DNA of 32,000 nucleotides from positions 7,620,001 to 7,652,000 of the forward strand of contig NZ_CP042911.1 of NCBI RefSeq assembly GCF_008065095.1, in the 5' to 3' direction. Under the pieces are notes generated by a model. The model was not told the origin of the DNA and did no database searches. It saw nothing but the letters and a program-made list of their open reading frames with translations. Source of the stretch: Gemmata obscuriglobus. GTDB lineage: Bacteria; Planctomycetota; Planctomycetia; Gemmatales; Gemmataceae. Position numbers and translations under genes: made by a program. Shown here piece by piece: positions 1-8,157 of this stretch; the first letter of the stretch is position 1; each line of letters opens with the position of its first letter.

Positions 1-368
1 ACGGCCCAGTCCAGGTCCGGGATCCCGGTGCGGAGCTCGTCCCCGAACCAGGCGCCGTCCTGGGCGTCCTCACGATCGCGGCACCGGGCCTGGGCGGCGG
101 CGAGCACGTCCGGGTGGTACGGGAGCGCGTCCAGCCGCTCCCGGAGCTGCGGGTTGGTGCGCGGGTTCCCGGCCGTCAGGGCCAGGTTCAGGACGTGCGT
201 GTGCAGGTCGCCCACCACGACCGACGACGCCTGGATGTGCAGTAATTCGCTCATTCCGCCGGCGAACGGCACGCCGACCCAGCGGCACCCGGCCAGGGCC
301 GCCCCCACGTTTTCGGCGAGAGTGCGGTTGCTGCCGAACCATGGTGCGAGTGCGGTGACCTTGCTCAT
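1..368 (-). CDS. DNA N6-adenine methyltransferase, Dam/D12-like (first 122 codons; gene runs off window start)
   Basis: Not in the ORF track because there is no stop in the window. My translation from ATG at 368: MSKVTALAPWFGSNRTLAENVGAALAGCRWVGVPFAGGMSELLHI... PWFGS resembles Dam KWAGGK. VPFAGG fits the FxGxG SAM-binding motif. ATGA overlap with the upstream ORF stop. Confidence 0.6.
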   Translation of the reverse strand, partial: MSKVTALAPWFGSNRTLAENVGAALAGCRWVGVPFAGGMSELLHIQASSVVVGDLHTHVLNLALTAGNPRTNPQLRERLDALPYHPDVLAAAQARCRDREDAQDGAWFGDELRTGIPDLDWA

Positions 369-610
369 GCGTCCCCCGTTTCCGTCCGCGACCACAGGAT
401 CAGGCCGACGTGCACCGGGCCGCCGTGTGGGGCTTGCACCGTGGCCCGGAAGTGCTGCATCCGGCCGTCGGCGGCCGCGACCGCGCGCCAGTTGGGGAGC
501 GCGGCGTCGAGCCCGGCCCGGACGTCCCGCAGCACCGCGGCCCGGGGCTGGTTGCAATTGATCGTCGGCAGGACCAGGCCCAGCGCCGCGATCAGGTCGT
601 TCAGGCTCAT
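365..610 (-). CDS. hypothetical phage protein (81 aa)
   Basis: Internal ATG of track ORF 365..775 (MSLNDLIAALGLVLPTINCNQ...). The N-terminal part of that ORF is Arg/Gly-rich off-frame sequence. ATGA overlaps at both ends. Confidence 0.5.
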   Translation of the reverse strand: MSLNDLIAALGLVLPTINCNQPRAAVLRDVRAGLDAALPNWRAVAAADGRMQHFRATVQAPHGGPVHVGLILWSRTETGDA

Positions 611-768
611 GCCGCGGCCCCCACGTTCCAGTCGCCCAGGTACACCACGTGCCGGACCGGCCCGCGGCCCCAGGCGCCCACCAGCTCGGCCAGCCCCACC
701 CGGCACACGCCCGCCGCCCCGAGGTCGACCGGCGTGGCCGGCTCGACGATGCGCAGGATCAGGGTCAT
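607..768 (-). CDS. hypothetical phage protein (53 aa)
   Basis: C-terminal segment of track ORF 607..2835 (MTLILRIVEPATPVDLGAAGV...). Its ATG overlaps the ParB-like stop (ATGA) and its stop overlaps the next start. Confidence 0.4.
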   Translation of the reverse strand: MTLILRIVEPATPVDLGAAGVCRVGLAELVGAWGRGPVRHVVYLGDWNVGAAA

Positions 769-2972
769 GCGGCACCCGCCTTCCGCTTGCCCTTCGGCTT
801 CGGGGCCGCGGCGGCCGCGGGAGCGCTCCTCGCGCTCTCCCAGTCCACCAGCGCGTCGCCGGCCTGGTAGACCACGTCGGGCGGCACCCCGAGCTCCTTG
901 AGCGCGGTGTACCGGTTGGCGGCCCCGTTCGGCCGGGCCGCGCCCCCGTCCCCGCGCTTCAGCCGCTCCACGACCGCGTCGAGGTCCGCGACGGTGTTCA
1001 CGCCCTTGGTCGCGAGGTGGGCGGCGGCCTGCTCCGGGAAGTTCGGGACGCCGTCCCAGGTGACGAGTGCGACCGGTGCGGGCGCCGGCACCCCGCCCCC
1101 GGCCGACTTCTTCTTGTCCTTCTTCTTGGAGGCCTTCGCGGCCTTCTTCTCGGCCGCGGCGTCCTGGGTGAGCGTCTTGCGGTCGATCCCGAACGCGGCG
1201 AAGAACGCCCGCTCCTCTTTGCTGACGTTGTCCCGGGCGTACTCGCTCGCCCAGCTCAAGGTGCGGTAAGTGGCGGCCAGTTCGGCGATCAGGGCGATCA
1301 GGTCCCGGGGCTCGGCGAGCGTGAACGCGAGTGCGGAGACCGCCTCGCGGTGCGCGTGCGGGTCTTTGAGCGGGAGGCCCCGGCGCTTGGCCACCGCCCG
1401 GCACACGTCGGACCCGCCGAAGCTCGCGACCGTCGCGGCCACGTGCTGGAGGAGCGGGACCCCGCCCTGGAACACCGGGAAGCCCGGCGGGAGCTTTTCC
1501 TTGACCCGGGCCGCGACGAGCCCGTTCGCGACCGCGGCCGCGGCCCGGCCGAGTTCGGCCTTCTTCTTCCGCTCCCGCTGCTCCTTCAGCCACTTGTCGT
1601 TGGACCCGGATAAGCTGGACCGCACCCCGATCTTGTATTTCGCCTTCAGCACCGTGTCGGCGAGGTCCTCCTTGACCAGCTCGAACGGCTTCCCGGTCTT
1701 CGGCCCGACCGCGATCGCCACCTGGTCGTCGGCCACGTGCCCCTTGAGGAGCGCCCCGTACGTGCGCTTCTCCTTGTCCTGGTAGCAGGTCGCGGCCAGG
1801 TCGACGTACCCGGACCGGTAGGCGAGGGAGTCGTCGCCGTACCGGTTGAACAGCTTCTCGGCGTCCTTCTTCGAGAGGATCGTCTTGCCGCTCGCCTTCG
1901 CCGCCTCGACCACCCGCGTGTTCCACACCTCTTCCTTGGCCCGGTAGCACTCCGGGTCCAGGCACATGTCGGCCCGCACCTTGGCTTCCACCGCGTCCGG
2001 GTCGTTGCCCGCCCGCTTCGGGCACGCGTCGCAGCTGCCGACGCCCTCCAGCAGGTCGAGGGCCTGGCGCGGGAACGGGGCCGACTTCAGCTCCCGCTGG
2101 AACTCGGACGCGAGCAGGTCCTTGAGCTCCCGGTAGGTCAGCGGCCCGTCGTAATCCCAGTCCTCCAACTCGGTCGGATCCTCGCCGCGGTCGAAGTGGT
2201 CGGCGATGAATGCGTCCACTTCCTCGTCGGCGTGGTGGAAGCCCAGGATGGCACACGCGGCGGCCCGCTTGCGGCTCGGCTCGCTGTGCAGCCCGGCCAC
2301 GAGCACCGCGGACGCCGGCTTCAGCTTCCCGGCATCGATGGCGGCCAGCGCCCACCCCGGCAGCCGGGCGAGCTTCAGCACGCCCCGCACGTGGGCGATC
2401 TCGTTCTTGCGGCCGAGGAACTCCGCCAGCTGCTCGACCGTGCGCCCCTCCGCCAGGGCCGTGTACCCGGCGACCAGCTCGCTCGTCCGCAGGTCCCGCG
2501 ACTGCTCGCGGGACACCAGCATCACCGCCCGCACGGCCTCGTCGGTCATGGGTCGCACGATCACCGGGACCTCGTTCGGCCGGGGGGCCTTCCCGATATC
2601 CCCGCCCGCCTGATGAATGAGCGCCAGCGCCCGGAACCGCCGCTCGCCGTCGGCCAGCTCGTAGGCGGGCTCGCCGAGGTAGATCCAGGAGTACCCGTTC
2701 CACTCCGGGGCCGGCCCGCCGGCCCGGCCCACGGGCCGCACCAGCAGCGGCTCCTTCAGCCCGAGCGCCCGGATCGAGTCCGCCAGGGACGCGAGGTCCG
2801 CCGGGTCGAAGTGCCGCCGCACGTTGAACGGGCACGGCGCGACGGCCGCGAGCGGCACGTCCTCGACGATCTCCGGCCCGGACGTCGCCGGCGGCCCGAC
2901 CGGGGCGCGCTCGGGTGCGGGCGCCCGCACCTCGGGGGCCGGCGCGGGAACGGGGTTCGTCTTCTTGGCCAT
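765..2972 (-). CDS. ParB-like N-terminal (ParB/Srx) domain protein, 735 aa, with internal Cys4 motif
   Basis: Track ORF 765..2972. PFNVRRHFDPADLASLADSIRALGLKEPLLVRPVG matches the ParB N-terminal box. CDAC...CLDPEC is a zinc-ribbon-like pair. Lys-rich C-terminal tail. GGAG RBS 8 nt upstream of the ATG. Confidence 0.85.
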   Translation of the reverse strand: MAKKTNPVPAPAPEVRAPAPERAPVGPPATSGPEIVEDVPLAAVAPCPFNVRRHFDPADLASLADSIRALGLKEPLLVRPVGRAGGPAPEWNGYSWIYLGEPAYELADGERRFRALALIHQAGGDIGKAPRPNEVPVIVRPMTDEAVRAVMLVSREQSRDLRTSELVAGYTALAEGRTVEQLAEFLGRKNEIAHVRGVLKLARLPGWALAAIDAGKLKPASAVLVAGLHSEPSRKRAAACAILGFHHADEEVDAFIADHFDRGEDPTELEDWDYDGPLTYRELKDLLASEFQRELKSAPFPRQALDLLEGVGSCDACPKRAGNDPDAVEAKVRADMCLDPECYRAKEEVWNTRVVEAAKASGKTILSKKDAEKLFNRYGDDSLAYRSGYVDLAATCYQDKEKRTYGALLKGHVADDQVAIAVGPKTGKPFELVKEDLADTVLKAKYKIGVRSSLSGSNDKWLKEQRERKKKAELGRAAAAVANGLVAARVKEKLPPGFPVFQGGVPLLQHVAATVASFGGSDVCRAVAKRRGLPLKDPHAHREAVSALAFTLAEPRDLIALIAELAATYRTLSWASEYARDNVSKEERAFFAAFGIDRKTLTQDAAAEKKAAKASKKKDKKKSAGGGVPAPAPVALVTWDGVPNFPEQAAAHLATKGVNTVADLDAVVERLKRGDGGAARPNGAANRYTALKELGVPPDVVYQAGDALVDWESARSAPAAAAAPKPKGKRKAGAA

Positions 2973-3000
2973 GACCGGCTCCTGCGTTCCGTTCGGAGGT

Positions 3001-3252
3001 TCAATCGGGGATGGTGCGGACCGCCACGTCGCCGCCCGGCGTGGGGTACGCGACGAAGCGCGCCGGCCGGCCCCCGGGCCGGCGCACCAGGATCACGTAG
3101 TCGGGGCAGATGACTTGCGGCCCCCACCGCTCGAGCTCGCGCTGGATGAACCGGCGGGCGTACTCGTCGGCGGCGTGCCGGGGCGTTTCCGCCTCCAGCA
3201 CCATCGCGTCGTCGCGGTCCTCGTGCTGCTCGTGCACCTTGAACGTCGTCAT
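3001..3252 (-). CDS. hypothetical phage protein (83 aa)
   Basis: Internal ATG of track ORF 3001..3414 (MTTFKVHEQHEDRDDAMVLEAE...). ATGA overlap with the upstream ORF stop at 3249. Confidence 0.55.
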   Translation of the reverse strand: MTTFKVHEQHEDRDDAMVLEAETPRHAADEYARRFIQRELERWGPQVICPDYVILVRRPGGRPARFVAYPTPGGDVAVRTIPD

Positions 3253-3452
3253 CGCGGCCCTTTCTTCCGTTTGCGTCGCCGGCGGCGGTTCGGGTCCCGG
3301 CCCTCCTCGAGCAGGAACCAGTCCCCGCCGCGGTCCATCAGCACCAGGGCAGCGGGTCGGGACCAGCCGGTGCCGTGGACCCGCCACCGCTCGTGGGGGC
3401 CGGCCCGGTACCACAGGACCCAGAGCCCGAACAGGGAGTCGGAGTCGGACAC
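3249..3452 (-). CDS. hypothetical phage protein (67 aa) with very basic C-terminus
   Basis: GTG at 3452 preceded by GGAG 8 nt upstream. High GC3 starts exactly here in this frame (VSDSDSLFGLWVLWYRAGPHERW...RRRRRKRKKGPR). Confidence 0.4.
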   Translation of the reverse strand: MSDSDSLFGLWVLWYRAGPHERWRVHGTGWSRPAALVLMDRGGDWFLLEEGRDPNRRRRRKRKKGPR

Positions 3453-3646
3453 GGCGCGGGCTCCGGGGCGTCCGGCAGGAACCGCTGGCACGCGATGCAC
3501 GAGGAGATCAGGCAGCTCCCGGTGTCCAGCCCGCACAGCACGCACGGCCGGGTGAAGCACTTCCAGCACGAGCCGTGCTCGTCGCGGGTGCGCTTGCACT
3601 GCGGGCACGGGGTGCCGTCGATCGGGGTGTTGCGCGGGGCGACCAT
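3338..3646 (-). CDS. small zinc-binding protein with four CxxC motifs (102 aa as an open frame)
   Basis: C-terminal part of track ORF 3338..4198: MVAPRNTPIDGTPCPQCKRTRDEHGSCWKCFTRPCVLCGLDTGSCLISSCIACQRF... GC3 in this frame collapses after about 3452, so the last ~38 codons are doubtful. Confidence 0.5.
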   Translation of the reverse strand: MVAPRNTPIDGTPCPQCKRTRDEHGSCWKCFTRPCVLCGLDTGSCLISSCIACQRFLPDAPEPAPCPTPTPCSGSGSCGTGPAPTSGGGSTAPAGPDPLPWC

Positions 3647-4233
3647 CAGAGGGACCCTCCGGGCCGCGTGGCCCGTTCGAGCAGCGCGGCCTGACCCGCC
3701 GCGAGCGCCGCCTCGGCCTCGCGGGTGCAGGTCGCCAGGTTGCGGAACTCGATCGCGTCCCGCCCGTGCCGGGCCACCACCGCCGCGAACCCGTCCCCCG
3801 CCGACCAGTCCCCGGGCACCGACTTCAGCGCCGGCCGCCCGAGGTCGTCCGACTCCCACCCCACCTCGGTCTGCCCGGTCGGCTGGTTGTCCCGGTCCAG
3901 CACCGGGCGCCGCCAGAAGTTCTTCAGCCGGATGTGGCTCAGCTCGTGGTCCAGCGTCGCCACCCGCTGCCCGTACCGGAGGTCGTTCCAGGCGCCCGCG
4001 TCGATCAGGAGCTCGGCGTCGTGGGCCTTGGTCACCCGGTCCTTGAGGGACACGATCTTGATGCACGCGAGCACCGGGTACCCGCCGTGCTTGAGCGCCG
4101 GCCCCTTGTCGTTGGCCGCGAACAGGCACGCCACCTTCACCCCCGCGTCCCGCAGGTCCGGGTGCCACGAGCCCATCACCTCGGCCAGCAGCGCGCACAC
4201 CTCGTCGTCGGCGATCGTGTAGGTCGTCGGCAT
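3646..4233 (-). CDS. putative phage metallopeptidase (HExxH)
   Basis: Internal ATG of track ORF 3646..4347 (MPTTYTIADDEV...). LDHELSHI is an HExxH zinc-protease motif. Overall layout resembles the phage putative-metallopeptidase family. Confidence 0.7.
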   Translation of the reverse strand: MPTTYTIADDEVCALLAEVMGSWHPDLRDAGVKVACLFAANDKGPALKHGGYPVLACIKIVSLKDRVTKAHDAELLIDAGAWNDLRYGQRVATLDHELSHIRLKNFWRRPVLDRDNQPTGQTEVGWESDDLGRPALKSVPGDWSAGDGFAAVVARHGRDAIEFRNLATCTREAEAALAAGQAALLERATRPGGSL

Positions 4234-4297
4234 GGGTCCGGGTCCGTGGGGGCGGGCGTTTCTCGGATTGTTCGGATAGTTCGGCGGGGTCCGGAAC

Positions 4298-6775
4298 TCA
4301 TTCGGCCTCGTTCTCCAGCTCCGGACCGGCCCGATCAATCCGAACAATCCGAGAAACGTCGGGCGAGGTGAACACCTGCGGGCTGACCTCGTACACCGGC
4401 GTCGGGGGCCGGCCCGCGGTCCGCTCGGCCGGGGGCGGCACCACCCGGATCGCGTTGTGCGCGTCCAGCAGCTGGAGCGGGGCGTTCAGGTCCTCGGGCT
4501 TGCGGAACATCGGGTTGCGCCGCAGGCTGTCGAACAGCTCGGCCCGCTTGAACGTGGGCTGCCGGCGGTCGCGGAGCCAGAGCAGGATCCGCTTGGCCCC
4601 GTCGAGCCGCGGGTCACTCCCGCACGAGCGGTGCACCCGGCGGGCGTGCGCCCCGAAGTAGAACACCATCTCGGCCGCGGCCGTCACCCACTGCGCCTCG
4701 ATGCACGCCGGCGGGTCGCTGTCGTCCGAGCCGGCGAGGGCGAGCAGCTGGAGCACCAGCGCGAGCCGGGCCGCCGAGCCCTCGAACTTGCCGTACGCGG
4801 ACCGCATCCACGGCGGGAAGTCCGGGTCCGACATGGTGGCGGCCAGCCGGTCGGTGTACGCCCGCCACGCCTCGCGGCCCGCGTCGGACAGCGGCAGCAC
4901 GTGCGCCCGGGGCCGCTTCTTGCCGAGGCCGGCCGGCTCCATCGTCATGCACCACAGGTTCTTCAGCACCTGCCCCCACTGACTCGACAGGGCGAACGGC
5001 ACCTCGTAGAACCGCTCGCCCCGGGGCGGCAGCGCGGCCGGGTACGCCCACAGGATGCGCTCGGCCAGCCCGTCCCGGCGGTCGAAGAACTCGCGCACCA
5101 CGTCCGGCTGGGTGGCCCCGACCATCGTGAGCGACGGGCGGGACACGTGGATCGCGGCCCCGCCCTTGCGGTGCACCGTGATCGGCTCCGAGTCGTACAC
5201 CTCCAGGAAGAACGACCGGTCCGACCCGACCCCCTTCGCCTTGTACTGGTTCTGGGCGAGGAGCCAGCCCACGAGTTCGGGCTTGTACAGGAGCAGCCCG
5301 CGGGGCTGGCGCTGGAGCATCTCGCCGAGCTTCTCGACGGTCACGTCCGAGACGAACAGCTCCCCCTCGCCCTCCTTGTACATCTCGGGCAGCTCGTCCC
5401 CGTACTCGTCCCGGATCTTCTCCACCCGGTCCGCCTGCTCCTTCTGCATCGGGCGGATCACGTGCTTGATGGGCGGGCTCTTCTTCGCGCTCGGGTCCCC
5501 CACCAGCGCGCAGAACAGGCCCGCCCCCTGGAAGAAATCGGCCTTCACCTTCGCGACGTACGAGGCCCCGATCGCGGCCGACGCGGCCGCCAGGGTGGCG
5601 AGCGCCGGGTAGTCGATCGGGCAGTAGACGGACTCGGCCACCGCGCGCACGTGCTCGGCCACCGCCGGCGGGAACGCGTGCAGCGGGAACGCCGGGGCCT
5701 CGTCGATCGGCGACTCCAGCGGGACGAAGTGCTCCCACTCCGCCGGGGCCGCCGGCTTGACGGTCCCGGTCGGGGCTGCCGGGGCCTCGCGCTTCGGCCG
5801 CCCGAACCCCTGCTGCGCGATCGCGGCGCTGGCCTTCGTGAAGTCGCCGCCGTGGTGCAGCTTCGTGTACGCCCCGAACTTGTCGTAGCACCGCCCCGCG
5901 TCGAGCCCCGGGATCGAGCCCGAGAACACGTACAGCGCGGGCGAGCCGTCGCGGGCGCGGTAGTGCCCGACGGTCACCGAGATCCCGGACCGCTTGCCCG
6001 GGCGGGTGAACCGCATCACCCCGTTCGCCTGCCCGGCCGGCGTGAACCCGGCCGGCTCGAGGATGTCGCGGTACCAGTCCGCGTCCCGGTTGAAGTCCTT
6101 CCCTTCGAGGAACGCCTCGCGGGCGCCCTGGTCGGTCCACTCCGGGCTGTTCGGCCGGCACATCTCGGCGACCAGCCAGTCGGGCATCGGGGCGACGGGG
6201 CACGCGGCCGGGTCCCGCCCCTCGACCCACTCGTAGAAGTTCCCGCTCGGGTGCAAGCTGGGCGGCATCACGCACTGGCTGCCGGTGGACTGGAACCGCA
6301 CCGCCTCGGACCCGCCGAGCTTCACCGCCCGGGTCGCGGGCGGCGCCGGCAGGTCCGCCGGGACCGCGTACAGGAGCCGGTGCCCCTTGCCCGTCCGGAA
6401 CAGCGCGGTCCGCTCGACCGCGTCGCCGGCGAGCTCCTTGACCAGCTGCTCGCCGGCCTTCGTGTCCACGTCGATGGCGACGACCCCGGACTCCGGGCCG
6501 AGCGCCACCCCGACGTTCGCCTCGGGCCACGCCGCCCACCACGTGCCCACCTGGGCGGGGTCCACGGACGCCTCCTTCTGCCACGCCTTCAGCCGCGGGT
6601 GCTTCCCCTGGCTGCCGCACTCCGGGTTCCCGCACGAGCACCCGACCTGCCCGTCGGTGCGGCGCTCGTCGGCGACGCAGCCGTGCAGCGGCACCACCCG
6701 CCAGCCGCGGCCGGCGTAGTCGAGGGCGGCGGCGAGGAGCGGGTTCTCGGCGTGCGACACGGCGGGCCTCGGCAC
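4298..6775 (-). CDS. bifunctional DNA primase-polymerase (Prim-Pol N-terminal domain) fused to a DUF3987-like helicase-loader region
   Basis: Track ORF 4298..6775. N-terminus LDYAGRGWRVVPLHG...GKHPRLKAW...AIDVD is typical of the bifunctional Prim-Pol domain. Long C-terminal region as in phage/plasmid primases. Start is GTG at 6775; an alternative GTG is at 6760. Confidence 0.85.
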   Translation of the reverse strand: MPRPAVSHAENPLLAAALDYAGRGWRVVPLHGCVADERRTDGQVGCSCGNPECGSQGKHPRLKAWQKEASVDPAQVGTWWAAWPEANVGVALGPESGVVAIDVDTKAGEQLVKELAGDAVERTALFRTGKGHRLLYAVPADLPAPPATRAVKLGGSEAVRFQSTGSQCVMPPSLHPSGNFYEWVEGRDPAACPVAPMPDWLVAEMCRPNSPEWTDQGAREAFLEGKDFNRDADWYRDILEPAGFTPAGQANGVMRFTRPGKRSGISVTVGHYRARDGSPALYVFSGSIPGLDAGRCYDKFGAYTKLHHGGDFTKASAAIAQQGFGRPKREAPAAPTGTVKPAAPAEWEHFVPLESPIDEAPAFPLHAFPPAVAEHVRAVAESVYCPIDYPALATLAAASAAIGASYVAKVKADFFQGAGLFCALVGDPSAKKSPPIKHVIRPMQKEQADRVEKIRDEYGDELPEMYKEGEGELFVSDVTVEKLGEMLQRQPRGLLLYKPELVGWLLAQNQYKAKGVGSDRSFFLEVYDSEPITVHRKGGAAIHVSRPSLTMVGATQPDVVREFFDRRDGLAERILWAYPAALPPRGERFYEVPFALSSQWGQVLKNLWCMTMEPAGLGKKRPRAHVLPLSDAGREAWRAYTDRLAATMSDPDFPPWMRSAYGKFEGSAARLALVLQLLALAGSDDSDPPACIEAQWVTAAAEMVFYFGAHARRVHRSCGSDPRLDGAKRILLWLRDRRQPTFKRAELFDSLRRNPMFRKPEDLNAPLQLLDAHNAIRVVPPPAERTAGRPPTPVYEVSPQVFTSPDVSRIVRIDRAGPELENEAE

Positions 6776-6806
6776 GGAAGTCGGGTGGGCAAAACGCGGG
6801 ACGCGG

Positions 6807-7193
6807 TCAGAAGAGCGGGCGGTCGGCGCCCAGGTCGTCGTCGCCCTCGTCGTCGTCCAGGTCGAGGTGGTGCATCGACCCGCCGCTCGCGCCGACCACG
6901 TTGGCGCTCGCCGCGGGCAGCTGTTTCGGCAGCTCCCACGGGCGCACCGGCTCGTGCTCGTTGGCGGCCGCCACGGCCCGGGCCGCGGCCTCGTCCACGA
7001 ACGAGATCGCGTACACGCTCGACCCGTGGAACAGCTTGGTCGTGAACCCGTCCGCCGCCGGGATGTCGAGCCGGCCCATCTTGGTGCCGAACATCTCCAC
7101 CTCGGACAGGCGGCCCGCGAGCCGCACGTGCCCCTTCAGCTCGACGACCGCCCACTGCTCCGGCGCGGTGGTGGTGGTGGTTTCGTTGCTCAT
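6807..7193 (-). CDS. hypothetical phage protein with SSB-like acidic C-terminal tail (128 aa)
   Basis: Internal ATG of track ORF 6807..7319 (MSNETTTTTAPEQWAVVELKGHVRLAGRLSE...). Ends ...HHLDLDDDEGDDDLGADRPLF. ATGA overlap with the YqaJ stop. Confidence 0.65.
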   Translation of the reverse strand: MSNETTTTTAPEQWAVVELKGHVRLAGRLSEVEMFGTKMGRLDIPAADGFTTKLFHGSSVYAISFVDEAAARAVAAANEHEPVRPWELPKQLPAASANVVGASGGSMHHLDLDDDEGDDDLGADRPLF

Positions 7194-7891
7194 GCGCGTC
7201 GTGCCTCCCGATCGAATGCGGCGCGCGCCGCGACCACCTCGAACCAGAACTTCGCCGCCGCTTCCAGGATCCACTGCTGGCGGTCCGGGTCGGGCGGGAC
7301 CGGCACCACCGCCAGCCACTCCGCCGGGCGCGGGGGGCGATCATTCACCGGTTTGTTCGACCACTTATTCCACCGGAGAGCGTTGCCCGGAGTGAACCGC
7401 TTCCCGGGGTTGAAGCTCGCGAAGTCGCACCGGGCGAGGCCGCACACGAACATCTGCCACTGGCACTGCACCTCGAAGTGCTCCGGGACGATCCCGTTCA
7501 GCGCCAGGTCGTGCGTCTCCCAGCCCGGGCACTTCAGCTCGAGGATCCACTCCTCCAGCTGGCTCGGGATCCGGGCCCCGTTCCCGCACAGCCCGTCGAG
7601 GCTGACCCGCGCCCACGGCAGGTCGGGGCGCTCGACGCACACCGGCGGGGCGTTGCACCGGCAGCGGTCCATGTACGCGGCCCGGGCGTGCGGCTCGAGC
7701 ACCGTGCCCCGGTACATGGCCCCGTTCTGCGGCCGCTCGATCCCGTGGACCTTCGCGTTGAACACCGCCTCGCGGGTCGCGTCCTCGTACGGCGAGATGC
7801 CCAGGATCGCGGCGATGTCGCTGCCGCCCAGCCCCTCCCGGCGCCACGCGAGCCACTCGGCGGAGCCCTGGCTGAGGTTGAGCCGCTTCAT
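7190..7891 (-). CDS. YqaJ-like viral recombinase/exonuclease
   Basis: Internal ATG of track ORF 7190..8410: MKRLNLSQGSAEWLAWRREGLGGSDIAAILGISPYEDATREAV... is the classic YqaJ N-terminal signature. Confidence 0.85.
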   Translation of the reverse strand: MKRLNLSQGSAEWLAWRREGLGGSDIAAILGISPYEDATREAVFNAKVHGIERPQNGAMYRGTVLEPHARAAYMDRCRCNAPPVCVERPDLPWARVSLDGLCGNGARIPSQLEEWILELKCPGWETHDLALNGIVPEHFEVQCQWQMFVCGLARCDFASFNPGKRFTPGNALRWNKWSNKPVNDRPPRPAEWLAVVPVPPDPDRQQWILEAAAKFWFEVVAARAAFDREARRA

Positions 7892-8157
7892 TGCGGGCGC
7901 TCCTCGGGCGCGTTGATCGACTCGATGACGCCGCACCGGTGCAGCGTGTCGACCAACTGGGCGGCCCCGGAGAACCGGCCCACGTCCTCGCACACCCGGG
8001 CCACGAGCGACCGGCAGCGGGTGACGAGCGCGGGGGCTCCCAGGTCGACGGTGCCCGCCGCGCCCACCGGCCCGAGCCGCAGGGAGCCGCAGCGCGGGCA
8101 CCAGAACACCGCCTCGACCACGGTCTGCATCGTGTGCGCGCAGGTCGGACAGCTCAC
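7888..8157 (-). CDS. small Zn-ribbon protein (89 aa)
   Basis: GTG at 8157 overlaps the upstream stop (GTGA). VSCPTCAHTMQTVVEAVFWCPRCGSLRL has a CxxC...CxxC pair. Its stop overlaps the YqaJ start. Confidence 0.5.
   Translation of the reverse strand: MSCPTCAHTMQTVVEAVFWCPRCGSLRLGPVGAAGTVDLGAPALVTRCRSLVARVCEDVGRFSGAAQLVDTLHRCGVIESINAPEERPQ

Noticed and set aside
607-2835. Very long alternative-frame ORFs: 607..2835, 441..1613, 1737..3113, 4457..7045, 4614..6641, 15374..17680, 15786..16880, 17838..19202, 25082..26350, 9550..10698 and similar
   Set aside because: They are Arg/Gly/Pro/Ala-rich translations typical of off-frame or antisense reading of ~70% GC DNA. Each is fully overlapped by a frame with recognisable domains or balanced composition.
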